Origin: Octopus bimaculoides | Lineage: Eukaryota | Length of the DNA: 64,000 nucleotides | Assembly: GCF_001194135.2 (NCBI RefSeq) | Contig: NC_068995.1 | Span: 56,256,153 to 56,320,152, forward strand | Direction of reading: 5' to 3' | Part shown: positions 28,492-43,737 of the stretch, piece by piece | How the letters are laid out: each line of letters begins with the position of its first letter | Numbering within the stretch: the first letter of the stretch is position 1 | The notes under the pieces: generated by a model | The model's database searches: none | The model's input: only the letters and a program-made list of their open reading frames with translations | Told to the model about the DNA's origin: nothing | Position numbers and translations under genes: made by a program

Positions 28492-29263
28492 AATGTCTGA
28501 TAATATGTATGCATGTATGAATATGAAAAGAATTATTCTTGACAAAAGAAAATTGATATAGGATCTTCATATTACAATGTGAAATAATAATAATAATAAT
28601 GATAATGATAATAATAAAAGCTGAAGCTATTCCGTTCATGTGAATATCTCTGCTGCAACTCACAGCATGACAGTGTGTCGCAGATACTGTTACTTTGTCT
28701 ATGTTATATTTGTTAAAACATTTGACAGTGAAGGACATTGTGAAGAAATAGAGACGAAATTTATGGAATAAAAGACTTCACACATCGCTGAAGTGGCTTG
28801 TGCGATAGAACAATCTTTAAGGAATATCAACTGTTTTGGATTAAACTATCATTGCTTTCTCTCTCTCTCTCTCTCTCTCTTTCTTACTCTTACGTCTGCT
28901 TCTTCTCCTTCACCAGTATCTCTCCGATCCAATTTAGATGAAACATAAAATACAATCACCTCAAAAATATCTGCCACATTGTTTGTCAAATGAGGTCCAA
29001 ATTGTCTACAGATTTACCAGGAAAGAGTTGACAACTCAAACCAATGTCACTTTATTCCTTTCTGCTTACAATTACCTTCAAATACTTTGACCACATTTAA
29101 AGACACACAGGACAGCAAAATGGATGCAACATACTCAGGCAAGCAGACTCTGCATCTCACACAACCAACCACTTCAGGTCAACACAGAGCCTCTGGGCTT
29201 TTCATATAGTTTCACTTGGTGTCCACATCTGTGTTGTTTCATACACAACTGATTAAGGTTAAA

Positions 29264-29508
29264 TATCAGGTCATCAAGAATGAAATGTCTGATTTCGAAC
29301 TCTAAGTTTATTTTACTTTATCTCAACAAAACGCAATGCAGTTAATCAAAGTATGCACCTAAATTATCAACATAATTTTGCCATTTTATTGGTAGCTTAT
29401 TTATGCTGGCAGCAAAGCATTCTGAAGAGCAAGAGGTGATGAAATCACAAAAGCGTTTTTTGCATCTTCTTCAGATTTGAAGTTTTTTCCTTGCAAAAGG
29501 TTGTCTAA
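29264..29508 (-). mobile_element. Mariner transposon 3' remnant (transposase C-terminus, TIR and TA)
   Basis: Minus strand LDNLLQGKNFKSEEDAKNAF, frameshift, DFITS...INKLPIKWQNYVDNLGAYFD* (stop at 29342-29344). Followed by TIR ...acatttcattcttgatgacctga and TA. Confidence 0.85.
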
Positions 29509-32409
29509 TGTTAACATACGTACAGGAAGAATTCCAGAGAACTAATATTCACAGGAGGAAGGGCCATCTTAGCAGAATCGATGCACTGAACCCTAAAATG
29601 TTTGGCTGTAAGCTGCAAGCCATTGTATACATAAATTAGAATTGGGCCCCTATGCCTGTGAGGCCCCTGGACAACTGACCAATGTACTGTTGCTTTAAAT
29701 GACACTGCTAGAAACACTGGTTAGCAACAGACCCCAGGGTGGGAGAGACACAATATAGGTAATGGAGAGGAAAAGAGATCAATGAGGGGAATTAAGCAAT
29801 ATCAGTGTTGCATAATTTAAAATCGTTTTATTAATAATATTTTGCACTTTCTAGTTTAGAACAAGGGTCATTTATTCCTATGTTATACCTATCAATACCA
29901 AGTAATGTGTTATATCTATGAGTATACAATGGTAAGTTATATATTACTATATTGTATATGTCAGAATGTAATATGAGTAATTAATTTCTGTGTTGTATGT
30001 ATCAGTATGCAATGTCAGTGAGGTAATAATGCTAAATCATAGATATTGACTGTAAAACTGGCGGTGGCGATGGTAGTGGTGGGGGTGGTGCGTTATTTAT
30101 TTGTATGCTGTATCTCTCAATATGTAATATCGGTTATATATAGATTGGTGTGTGGCATCTGACAAAATTTAAGAAGAATTATTTATTAGTATATTCAATA
30201 TATCAGCATGTAACATATTTGATCATTCATATACACACACACATATAGGGAGAGAGAGAGAGATAGACCGTAGAGTATACATACATATATGCATATATAT
30301 ACATATATATATATAACTATTTATATATATATGTATTGCTAATAAACAAACTATCTCTGCTTCATTTATTGATAGCTTGTTGCCATTAGGTAACTTCAGT
30401 CAGTTTTGCTTTAGTTTGGTAGCCCCAAAGGCTAATCAAAGGCTCTGTGATATTAACCTCATTTCGTATTTCCTGTCGCTGCTACAATGTCCTCTGTTCC
30501 TTAAATTTGGTTAGTCCTGTACTACCTCCATTTTCCTTGCACTAAACAGCCCCATCTCCTCATACAAATATTCAGGGTTGTATTAACAGCTTTATAGAAT
30601 TCTGAGTCCCTAAGCAAAGAAAAGCATTTAGGCCTTTATATATACAAGCACAACATTCATAGATTAGCATTGGGCTCCTATAGCCATGGAGTCCCCGTGC
30701 AACTACCCAGCATGCCTATCACTTAAGATGGCACTGTCAATCCTTCCTCCCCACATGTCCATCTTCTAAAATAACTCCCGCCTCCTATTTTCCTCCACTT
30801 ATCAACTTGTTATTCCAGAGGTATATCAATAATGTTAGTTTCACAGGCTGCAGCAAGTTTAACCCTTGAAGGCTATGGGACAGGCCCACCTTCAAGACTA
30901 AACTCTTAAAATATAAAAAGAAAATTGCTAATGTACAAAAATGTACAACTTATGTATGAGATTGGACATATTGGCATTACCATATTTCTGTGGAAATACA
31001 TTGTATTTGTTTCTATTAATTTTGAAAATAATAAAGAATTTATAAAAAATAATTTTGTCACTATTAAGCTGGTGTTTGGAACATAAATTATGAAATAACA
31101 TAAAGTTTGTATCATAAAACCAGCAACAGCCTCAAGTACGATGGATACCAAAAGGGTTAAAGATATAACACATTAAACATTATTAAGCTTGGTTTTGTGT
31201 GGAATATTTGGCAGCTACAATAGAGTAATTTGGACAACTAGGGATAAATTCTCTGGTTAAGTTATTTACCGATTTTAATTGTATCTCGTTGTGTGCTATT
31301 GAAATAATGCATTACTACTACATCAAATGTCTCAGTTTGCTGCAGAGGCGAGACAACATCAAGGTTATCTTCTAAATATATCAATAAACCAAATTTATTT
31401 TTGGGATGATAAATATAATATCAGTAAAAGAAAAAAAAAAAAATTATTGAAGTTGCACAAAATATATTACAGCAATGAATTACTTAAGTCTTTGTGTGTG
31501 TGTGGATTTAATGATGATGATGATGATGCTGATGACCAGCGTTATTGTTTCAGCATCCATATTTCCATGCTGGTAAGGTTAATGGGTTTGCACAGTAAGG
31601 CATCTTGCCATTCCTCTCTTTATCTTGTATCATCTTGTCTATGTGAAACCAACCATCGTCAGATCTGACCATCGTCCTATGTCGACTTTGGTCATTCTTT
31701 GCTATGGGTACCGTTGCCATGGGTAGCTTCCTTCAACAACAACAACGCTCCATTTCAATCACATGCTGCCCATTCCGTCACAGCTGCCTTTCTTCTACCT
31801 GTTGCCTTTTACATTTTGTATCACTTTGTCATTTCACTTGATTTGCATACAACCTTTTGTGCCGCTTGATGGTGGTATGTCCATCAGACCACACATAATT
31901 CATTCTCTTTAGTCTTCATAGGTATCCTACACACACACACACACACACACACAGAGGTATAGCTGTATGGTTAAAAAGTTTGTTTCGTGAACATAGGGTT
32001 TGGAGTTCAATCCTACCATGTGGCAGCTTGGGTAAGTGTTTTCCACTATAGCCCTGGGGTAACCAGAGTCTTGTGAATGGATTTAGCAGGTAGAAACTGA
32101 GAGACTACTCTGTATACAAACACTCACAAACACATGCACATATATATTTAGACATAAATATATGTGTGTGTGTGTGTGTGCTCATGTCTCCTTCTTTTGA
32201 TATATGATAGTTGTAAACAAGTGTCACCATCATACAAGCAGTGTTCATTCATTCACGATCTTCCATGTAAATATATATGGCTATGGGAGAATATTGGCTT
32301 GCTGGGAAACAGGTGAAGGCTGGCAAAAGAAAGGGCATTAATACATCCACTTTCAGTTAAACATAGAAAAAGACAACCATGAGTTATCATAAGTATTTAT
32401 CTCTCTCTC

Positions 32410-32441
<32 letters not shown>

Positions 32442-32818
32442 AACACACACACACACACACTTATATGCATTCAGATATGTTGATCTTTATTAAAGAGTTA
32501 TGGAAAAGATGTTATGATGGGACTATGGATGGACTCGTAAAACGTTAAGGAAAATAGGTCTAGCTCTATCTCTTTAACCTAAATAGATTTTAATCCCAAT
32601 TGTAAATATATGTATTTATGTATTTCAGTCGACTGTCTATCTAATGGCGTAGGTGTGTTTGTGTGCATTTATGTGTGTGAGATTGTGTGTGAGAGAAAAG
32701 TGAGGCTGTATGTATATGAGAGAGAAAGAAATAAAGGAGGAAAGAGAGATGAAAACAGAAAAATGTAATGAGAAAGAGATAGAAAAGTGTTTTGGAGAAA
32801 TATATATTTACATGCAAT

Positions 32819-32867
<49 letters not shown>

Positions 32868-33460
32868 TGTGTGTGTGTACATATATATATATATACATAC
32901 ACACACAAATATATATATATATAATAAGCCAAAAAATCTCTCATGTCATCTCCCTTCTTTCCATCGAATCTTTAATAAATCTTTTTTGCTTCTCGTATCC
33001 TTCCATAAATAAAGAGATGTATTATAAAAACAGTAATTTCTCCACTTAATGTGAGATAAGAGAAGAGAGGCCATGTGGATGTTTGCACAGTTGACTGGAA
33101 GTACAGAGATAAAAAGAGTTATAATTTAATGTTTTTTTTTCCTAGCCACCACCACCAACCACTGCCACCACCATTACTGCCCCCCGCCCTCACCTCCACT
33201 ACTGCCATTCTTAAATATTCTACAACTGGGTATATTTGAGATCCAATTATGCCTTGCTGCCTTTTGCCAGCAATTCCGTTTAGTTAAGAGTTATCTTCTC
33301 TGCAGTTCCAGAGTTCTACAGAAAGTGTGTATATAAAAGAGAACTGGGAATTAGTGGAGCTGAGTACAATGAACGAATGAATGGCGGAAATATTTATATA
33401 GCTTTTTTATGCAAGTTATAGATGGATATTCGAAAATATAACCAATTAGATACAATAACA

Positions 33461-33496
<36 letters not shown>

Positions 33497-33693
33497 CCTT
33501 TCTACCATGATTTGGGGGGAGGGGGTAAGTCAATCACATTGACCCCAGTACTTGACTGGTACTTAATTTATTAACCCTGAAAAGATGAAATGTAAAGTCA
33601 ACCGTGGCAGAATTTGAACTCAGAACATAAAGACAAGCGAAATACCGCTAAGCATTTCGCCTGGTGTGCTAATGATTCTGCCAGCTCACCACC

Positions 33694-33742
<49 letters not shown>

Positions 33743-35374
33743 TAATAATAATAATAATAATAATAGCTGGCAATTTTGAAAGGAAGATAGGAGTCAATAC
33801 CATTGGACCCCAGTATGTGACTGGTACTTTATTTTCTTAACCCTGGAACAATGAAAGATAAAGATGATCCAGGCAGGATTTGAACTCAGAATGCAAAGAT
33901 CAAAATGAATGTCATAAGGCATTTTTACCAATGCTCCAGTGATTCTACCATTTGACCATCCTCTAATAATTGCTTCTATTGTAAGCACAAAGCCTGAAAT
34001 TTAGGGCAGGGGTGTTGGTCAATATTAAATAGCTGAAAAGAATGGATAGCATGGTACCTTAGGCTGCAGGTAGTAAGCACATGAATACACACACACACAC
34101 ACACAAAAGAAAAACATGCTTCTTTCAGTTTCCACATACAAATCCATTCACAAGGCTTTAGTCAGCCTAGGGTTATAGGAAGACATTTGCCCAAGGTGCT
34201 GCTCAGAAGGACTGAACCGAGGCCTCATGGTTGGAAAGCAAGTCTCTCAATCACAATGCTTTGCCTGCACCTATCCACTGGGGCCATGCTGGAGTATGAC
34301 CTTGAAGAATTTGTAGTACTTAGATTTTTTGTTAAAGCCATTACGTATTCTATCAGTCTCTTTTGCCAAACTGCTGTTACAGGGACATAAACATACCAAC
34401 ACCAGCTGTCAAGTAGTAGAGGGGGGTCAAACATTGACATGAAGATACACACACATACATATGTGTGTGTGTATAATAAGGTGTTTTTTTCAGTTTCTGC
34501 TTACCAAATTCGTTCACAAGGCTTTGGTTAGCCCAAGACGATAGGAGAAGACACTTGCTCAGTGTGTCATGCAGTGGGACTGAACCTGCAATCATGTGGT
34601 TGGCAAGAAAACTCCTTACCACACAGTTGTGAAAGTTAATTGAACACATTGGAAGTCTGACAAGAGTGCAATTATATAAGAATTTCTATATACAACTCAG
34701 GTTGTTTCCCCACAAAAATGTATTTGAAATGAAACGGGTAATCTCGTTCCCAGTGGTAATGAAAAGAAGGAAAAAAAAGAAAAAATAATGGAAGAGAAAG
34801 CGAGAGTTTGTTGCATACAAATGAAATAGTGAAATGCAAGCTTTGATGAATAAACAAAGGAACTATTAGGAGCAATTAGTGAAAAGGTAAAATGTGAAAA
34901 AGAACGAGAATAACAGCGAGGCAATTAAACATATGAAGGTAGACAAAACAATGAAGGATCCCTTATGCTGCTTTAGGACCTGCTAAAAACAGCAGCCAAA
35001 CTTGGATATTGGATAATGTGGTCATAGAGGCCCAGCACCCAGTGAAAAAGCATAGAAATGGTGAAGACCTGGATGCTTTTGGTAATAGGTCAATCAAGAT
35101 AAGCCTGGGGCTTGAACTACAATGGTATGAGGACTGAAAATGTAACAGGTATTTTTGCTGAGATTCTGATAGCCCCTTGTTTGTTTGTTTGTTTCTTTCT
35201 TTCTTTATTTTAATGGTTTGCTTTGGAGGAAGGTGGTGTGCTTGTGGCCTTTGCAACCATTAAATACTTTCCCTATCAACCCTAAGATGCATTAATAACA
35301 CCGGTATATACTATAAATGTATGAGTACCTGTTTGCTCTAATTGATGGATTTTGAGATAACTATATAATGTTCA

Positions 35375-35415
<41 letters not shown>

Positions 35416-36266
35416 NNNNNNNNNNTATAGATACATATCATCATCATCATCATTTAACATCCGCTTTCCATGCTGGCATGGGTTGGACGATTTGACTGAG
35501 GACTGGTGAACCAGATGGCTGCACCAGGCTCCAACCTGATTTGGCAGAGTTTCTACAGCTGGATGCTCTTCCTAACAACATACATATATATTGTTTGCAT
35601 CACAAGATCAAGAATCTTTATAAACTTGTGAGAGAACATGAAACAAGTTCTTTTTGGAAAAGAGCCAATATGTGTCGCAGGCTCATGAATGTGGCAGCAC
35701 CATAATCTCAAGTGCAAGCAAGACATCCCCAAAATGCTCAATGCCATTTCCTGCATATCTGGTTTCATATGAGAGTGACCTTCTCATGTAGTCACACTTT
35801 AACAAAAGCTGAGGGGTGCCTCACTCCTGGTGGTCTTCCAGCATGCCAGACACCAACCCAGAAGTTCTGAAGGTCCATGCTACATACATACATATATACA
35901 TACACATACATGTAGCCACACACATGTGGTCATATATGGTATACGACTACATACCTTAACTTATACTTACATGAAACATTTCTATTGTCCTCAAAATTAA
36001 GTGACACAAACTGAATTAGCAATTAGCAATTCAAAAGATGACAGATGGTTCTGGCCCAGTGAGTGCTTAGGGAGGTAAAAACATCTTGTGTATTAATTAA
36101 ATGACCACCAGTAAATTGGATTATGATGATGACTGTAACAGAGTGTTACTAAAATGTAGCTTTTAACGAATTATAAAATGTCAAACAGAACATAACTTCA
36201 AATATAATTTACAAACACATATATATAGTGAAAGTAAATTAATGACTGGTGCATCACTCATTCACA

Positions 36267-36335
<69 letters not shown>

Positions 36336-36402
36336 TTACACACACACACATCTGTCTGTCTATCTCTCTCTCTATATATACACGCACAAAAACACATGAC
36401 AT

Positions 36403-37302
36403 NNNNNNNNNNNNNNNNNNNNNNNNNNNNNNNNNNNNNNNNNNNNNNNNNNNNNNNNNNNNNNNNNNNNNNNNNNNNNNNNNNNNNNNNNNNNNNNNNN
36501 NNNNNNNNNNNNNNNNNNNNNNNNNNNNNNNNNNNNNNNNNNNNNNNNNNNNNNNNNNNNNNNNNNNNNNNNNNNNNNNNNNNNNNNNNNNNNNNNNNNN
36601 NNNNNNNNNNNNNNNNNNNNNNNNNNNNNNNNNNNNNNNNNNNNNNNNNNNNNNNNNNNNNNNNNNNNNNNNNNNNNNNNNNNNNNNNNNNNNNNNNNNN
36701 NNNNNNNNNNNNNNNNNNNNNNNNNNNNNNNNNNNNNNNNNNNNNNNNNNNNNNNNNNNNNNNNNNNNNNNNNNNNNNNNNNNNNNNNNNNNNNNNNNNN
36801 NNNNNNNNNNNNNNNNNNNNNNNNNNNNNNNNNNNNNNNNNNNNNNNNNNNNNNNNNNNNNNNNNNNNNNNNNNNNNNNNNNNNNNNNNNNNNNNNNNNN
36901 NNNNNNNNNNNNNNNNNNNNNNNNNNNNNNNNNNNNNNNNNNNNNNNNNNNNNNNNNNNNNNNNNNNNNNNNNNNNNNNNNNNNNNNNNNNNNNNNNNNN
37001 NNNNNNNNNNNNNNNNNNNNNNNNNNNNNNNNNNNNNNNNNNNNNNNNNNNNNNNNNNNNNNNNNNNNNNNNNNNNNNNNNNNNNNNNNNNNNNNNNNNN
37101 NNNNNNNNNNNNNNNNNNNNNNNNNNNNNNNNNNNNNNNNNNNNNNNNNNNNNNNNNNNNNNNNNNNNNNNNNNNNNNNNNNNNNNNNNNNNNNNNNNNN
37201 NNNNNNNNNNNNNNNNNNNNNNNNNNNNNNNNNNNNNNNNNNNNNNNNNNNNNNNNNNNNNNNNNNNNNNNNNNNNNNNNNNNNNNNNNNNNNNNNNNNN
37301 NN
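36403..37302. other. Assembly gap (largest N run)
   Basis: Other gaps at about 8973-9035, 12851-12928, 17904-17995, 18571-18824, 22971-22980, 26562-26911, 35416-35425, 42133-42451, 54553-54965. Most are flanked by microsatellites. Confidence 0.98.
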
Positions 37303-39169
37303 GGAGAGAGAGAGAGAAGGAGAGAGAGAGAGAGAAGGAGAGAGAGAGAGAAGGAGAGAGAGAGAGAGAAAGCAAGGGTAATAAACAGGATGAGGAGAGA
37401 TAAGCTCCGTAACAATTGCTGCCTATGCAAGTACAGGGAAATGGATATTAAAGCATAATGATATATGCATAATGATTAATTATGGATGACAATATGATGA
37501 CAATGATTAAGGCAAGAAGCTGGCAGAGTCGTTAGCATGCTGGACTAAAATGCTTAACAGTAGTTCGTTTATCTTTACATTCTGAGTTCAAACTCCACTG
37601 GAGTCAACTGCTTTTCATCCTGCTTGTTTGACAGCGATCCCCAATATGTCAAGACAAGGGGGACACACAAATGTATATTTATAAATGTCTGATGGTCTTC
37701 TATACAGCTTTTGTTTACCAAATCCACTCACAAGGCTTTGGTCAACTTGAGACTGTAGAAGAAGGCACTTGCCCAAGGTACTGCACAATGAGACTGAACC
37801 CCAAACCACATGGTTATGAAGCCAGCTTCTTACCCACACTTGTGCCTTTTAAAATGACAGGGAAATAAGTGTGAAGTCTTGAACTAAAATGTCAATTAGT
37901 CAAAATAGCAGATATTAGAATCCTACATGGTTTCTGTCAAAAAGCATAACCAGTGCCCCACTGAACAACAGCAGATTCTGTTGTGAAATCCATTGTTATT
38001 TATCAACTTAACTTCTGACATCATAGGTCTCTCAAGTCATTACTTTCTGTGTGATGCATAATATACATAAAACTTTCTTATGATCCAAAGAAAGCCACAT
38101 GTTTTAAGATGCCATTCTCACTTATATCCTTATATTTATAATGGCAAGCTTATCTAGTTGAGTGAGATATTAGATAACAGTTAAGAAACCATCATAACCA
38201 TCGTCTCTCTCGAGAGACAATCTGAGCATCAGGTGCTGCCTGTGATCTTTGGCTTAGCATTAAACTTTCTCTTCCTCTCCGTATACTATTACTATTAATT
38301 TCACCTTTGCTCATCTGAAATTTAATTTTGTACATTCTATTAATTCTTCTTTGGTTATTGTAGTTAATAACATAATAAGACAAACTGCAGAGCTGTCAAC
38401 AAGGAACATTTTGATATAAAACATAGAATGGTACATGGAATAAAAATGGACAATTTAAAGATAATTCCAAAGTGAACATTAATTTTTCTTTTTTTAATTT
38501 TATTTTATATTCAAACAGAAAACAGTTTAATAATTACATGTCAACTACATCAATTATAAGAGGTTAAGAATTTTAATTAACTGAATCAAAGACAAAGCTA
38601 ATAAGAAAGTGAAAGGCAGCATAAAATTCAAATAATCCATGAAAGGGAATTAAGAGGGGTGGGTGGGTAGGAGGATTATTAAAGAAAAGAATGATTTAAT
38701 AGAACTAAAAGAGTAAGTTGACAACTTTTATCATTAATATTAAGAAATATTAAGAAATTTGTCATTAAAGAAAATTGTAATTAGAAATTTATAGATTCAC
38801 TATCCTTCTACAACTTTCTACTTCCACTCTCCTGTGTTTGAAACTGGAAAAGTTAAGACAGCAAATGGAGGAAAAGAATAAGATAAAAACAAAATTATAT
38901 AAAATATTAGAAAAAAATTATTCCTTCATTGTAGATTTTAAATTTGCATAATTTGTAATTTCTTTGGATGGATGAATTCCACCCATTAGAACCAGTGACA
39001 TAAATTTTAAATCATAAATTCTTTGTCTTTATTACGACAGCAAGCTTTATAATATAAGGAATATAATTGTATTGACTGAAGCAAAGAGATCGCATAGGCT
39101 TACTTGAATATAAAAATCATAGGATTTCTGTCTGTGACTTTGTTAACCCTTTTCAATTCAACCAAAACA

Positions 39170-39466
39170 GTTCTATATTTAAGAGATGAGGAATTATGTA
39201 CATTATTTATATTTGACGGATATTTGTCCTCATCTTGTTCGTTGTTAACACAAACGTTTCGGCTGATGTACCCTCCAGCCTTCATCAAGTGTCTAGGAGA
39301 AATTTTGAACCTGGGTTCTCATTCCTATAGTATTTTTTGATGCTATGATTATTATTATTATTATTATTCAGTTCACTGCCTGGAATCGATTCCAAGTTCG
39401 ATTCCAGGCAGTGACCTGAATAATAATGATAATAATAAAGTCGAAAAATACTTTAAGAATGAGATC
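39170..39466. mobile_element. Second locus of the family A hammerhead repeat, also head-to-head
   Basis: Minus copy 39170-39389 includes GACAC-UUGAUGA-A-GGCUG...CAGCC-GAAA-CGUUUGUGUU (39247-39293; C3 to U and one extra U). A short plus copy, 39395-39466, starts at aagttcgattccaggcagtgacc. Confidence 0.8.
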
Positions 39467-42400
39467 CTATGTTTAGCCCAAGGCTAATAATAGAATACAC
39501 TTGCCCAGAATGCTTTGCAGAGGGACTGTTGCATCTGATTTCGTTCACAAAACTTGGGTTGATCCAAAGCCATAGAAAAAGAAAGGAAACTACACAGCAG
39601 AATTGAACTTGGAATCTCACGAATGCAAAACAGACTTCTTAATCATTTAGCCATGAGTAGAATAAAATAAAGCAGATAACTATTTGCACTTGCACTAAGC
39701 CCAGTGACCAACCGATTGCTGCAATAGTGTTATTTCTAAGAGAGAGAGAGAGAAAGAGAGTTTGCAGTGGAGTAGACTGTCTAAAAATAAATCTTTGAAA
39801 AGTGATGGAGTGAATGATGTATGCATGGCAAATATTGAGTGCTGCTGCTGTTGCCCATTGTGTGTGTTAAGTACGTGGCAGTGAGTGTACTGATGCAAAA
39901 CACTGTGCTTTTGTTTATTCTACCACCACCACCACCACTGCATCCCCCACCCCCTCCATTGCTGTTGATCAAATATACTAGCCTTTCTTTCTTTTATTTC
40001 TCTTCTTTTCACTTGTTACAGTCATGGGACTGTGGCCATGCAGGAGCACTGTTTTGCAGGGTTTTAGTTGAACAAATTGACCCCAGTACTTTTCTTTTTT
40101 TTTTTTGCAAAGCTTGCTACTTATCTTATTGATCTCTTTTGCTGAACTGCTAAGTTACAGGAGCTGAAAATAAACTAACATCAGTTGTCAAATGATGGTA
40201 GGGGGACAAATGGACAAGCACAATCAGACACACATGTATGAAAAGCAGCTTCCACACAGTTTCCATCTAGCAAATTCATTCACAAGACATTGGTTGGCCT
40301 GCGACTATAAAAGAAGACACTTGTTGAAGGTGCCACATAGTGGGACTGAACCTAAAATCATGTGGTCGGGAAGTGAACTTCTGAACCACACAGTTATGCT
40401 TGCACCTATTTTTTTTCATTATTATTATTATTGAGGCGGTGAGCTGGCAGAACCGTTAAAAGTGTTCCAGCCATGACAACCACATCTTAGTTTCAGATAT
40501 AAATGCCAACGTGGCTGAGGGTTTAAGAATTTTGCTTCCCAACCAAAACGGTTTTGGTTCAGGCCAGCTGCGTGGCACCTTAGGTGTCTTTTATTATAAC
40601 TCCAGGTTGACCAAAGCCTTGTGAGAAGATGTGGTAAGTGGAAACGAAAAGGAGCCACTGCATGTGTGTGTATATATATGTAAATATGTGTGTATGTATG
40701 TATAAGTGTATGTGTATGGATGGAGGATGCGTGTATGTATGTGCATGTGTTAGTGTTTCCGTGTCTTGGCATCATGTTAGTTGGAAACAAGTAGCATCAT
40801 CATAAAAGTAGTGATGGTCATTTATAATTTCAAAGGAAATCTGTTTGGCCAAAGGTAAAAATACTTTGCTTGGAAACAGGTGAGGGTTGACAGAGAGAGA
40901 GGCAGTTGGCCATCTAATTCAACCAATTTTGTCTGATCCATGCCAGCATGGAAAAGTGGACATTCAAATAATAATGACTATGATGATGATGTTGGACAAC
41001 ATACATTATAAACTATATCCTTCATGTTTAAGACAGTAATGTACGATTTGAGGTTGATTTGGCTGCTATTTCTAGTGTGTCTATATACCTGCAAGAGAAA
41101 GTAGCCAAATCTCAATGAGGGAGTTGCATAACCAATTAGCTTGATAAATTTAATTTGATAAATTTACAAATCTCATTGGAATCTACTAATGAGGATGTGA
41201 TTTATTCCTTGTTTACAAAAGCTTCATTCATTACCTTCAAACAAAACTATTATTTACTAACAGAAATATTGTAATGTGTGTGTGTGTGTAAGTACGTAGA
41301 TACATAGATACATGGATTTCTCTCTCTCTCTCTCCAGATCTATAACACTATAATAGACTTGAAGAATTGAAGAGTTTTCCATCAGAATTCTCGATGTTCA
41401 CTGATCTTAAATTACCTCAAATTGACTACATATTCATGGTGTTACCATTCTTTTCCTTCCATCAATACTTTTACACTATACTGAGGATCTGTTTTTATTG
41501 GGATTTTTACTTTTCAAAGGTTGGAGCATTGTTTTGATTCCATTTTCTTTATCTATACATTAATTTTATGTGTTTATATAGTTCTTATTTTCTCTCTTTC
41601 TTTTTCCCCTATTTTTTTTTCAAAAATTGCTTTCAAGATAAATAAAACAGATAAAATAGAAAGTATCCTAATCTTTGTAGTTGTATTTTTTTTTTTAAAC
41701 CAGTTCTTCAGTTTGTTTCTTTAAATTTTATTTTTCTCTCTCTTACTTCTTTTATGAACATGAAAAATTAATAGGAAAAAAATATACATAACAAAAAATA
41801 AATAAATGTCAGCTGTAAAAAAAAAAAAAGAAAAAGACAAAGGTAAAAGGAAAAGAAAATTGGGCAAATAAAAAAATGTCTTGTTGATTTGAAGAAGATA
41901 TCCAACTGGTTGCTTTGTTTTGTTGTTGCTGTTGTTTCTGTAGTTGTTTATGTCAGTTAACAGAGAACATAAAGATCTATGTGCAGTGAACTAATATAAA
42001 GAGTTGAATGCAAGATGTATGTGCAGCAAAAACAGATGTGCTTCATTTGACGAGGAATCTTTGCTCGCAATACCAAGTACCTTTTTTTTATCCCCCGCCT
42101 AATTCAAGTTGTGATATATATATATATATATANNNNNNNNNNNNNNNNNNNNNNNNNNNNNNNNNNNNNNNNNNNNNNNNNNNNNNNNNNNNNNNNNNNN
42201 NNNNNNNNNNNNNNNNNNNNNNNNNNNNNNNNNNNNNNNNNNNNNNNNNNNNNNNNNNNNNNNNNNNNNNNNNNNNNNNNNNNNNNNNNNNNNNNNNNNN
42301 NNNNNNNNNNNNNNNNNNNNNNNNNNNNNNNNNNNNNNNNNNNNNNNNNNNNNNNNNNNNNNNNNNNNNNNNNNNNNNNNNNNNNNNNNNNNNNNNNNNN

Positions 42401-43687
42401 NNNNNNNNNNNNNNNNNNNNNNNNNNNNNNNNNNNNNNNNNNNNNNNNNNNATATATATATATATATACTGTATATTTAGTAATTTATTCATTAGCTATC
42501 TATCTTTTTTTTTTTATCGTCTGCCGGTTCCTTGTGTTTTTTGGGCGGGTTTTTTTTCTTTCCTCTGGTGGCAGTGGGTGTCCAACTTAAAACTTGGCTT
42601 TAAACTGAAGATTAGTCAAATGTCAAAAAATCAGTCTATTTCACTTAGTTAATGTATAAAGTTTCAATAAACAATAACAATAACAAAACCCTCTCTCCCC
42701 CACTTCTCGGTAACAACAACAAAAACAATAACAACAACCTCGATATAAGTAAAATAAAAGAAGACATTTGAAGAAAAGAAGAAAAATAAATAAAAAAACA
42801 CAACAAAATATAAACACAAATGAAGAATGAAATGAGAAAATAGAATGATGAGTAAATAGAATAATAAAAAAACTAGTTTGTAATAACTCTAACAGAATAA
42901 GAGTTGTATTGACCGAAAGAGGTAACAAAATGTAAAACAAAAAAAGAAGAACAAATGAAAAAATAAACAGTAATAAAATAGATGTAAAGTGAAAGTGAAC
43001 TGGGGGGGTTGTTGAAAAGTGAAGAGGGGGGGTATTGTTGTTCCATTGGCTGAAACACTGTAGTTTAGTCTATCTTTGCAGTTGATCAAATCTATTTTTG
43101 TAGTTCTGTTGATATGCTTTTTCTTGGAGGGCTCTGATTTGATAATAATCACTGTATTCACCTCTGCTTCCATCCCCATCTATATCCATCCACCACCACT
43201 TTCCCTTTTACACTTTCATGAAATTACCTGTCCACTCACCACGTCCACTCCTCTGGACCGTTTCTCTTACATTCACTTTCTTTAACTTGAGGGTATACGC
43301 CCTCACACCTATTCACCACTAACTTTTCTCCTTTTCCAATAGGAGTAACCATGTATATCCCCTCTCCTGCCGGACAGGGAGAGACCTGTTTCTATGTCTC
43401 TATCATACTTTAACCTCTCATCACCTGACACGAAATCATCTCCTTCAATATTACAATCCTGCCCCAGTCGAGGGGTCTTGTCTGGTCGCTTACTCAGTAA
43501 CCTTACAAGTGCCAGTCTCACATAAAAAGCACTTGGCACACTCTGTAAAGTAGTTTTGGTGTTTGGAAAGGCATCCACCAAGAGAAACTATTCTTCAGCA
43601 GACGTCAGAATTTGGTGCAGTCCTTTCACTTCTTAGTTCCTTTTAAACTGACCAATCCATGTCAGAATAGAAAATGAGCATCAAACA

Positions 43688-43737
<50 letters not shown>

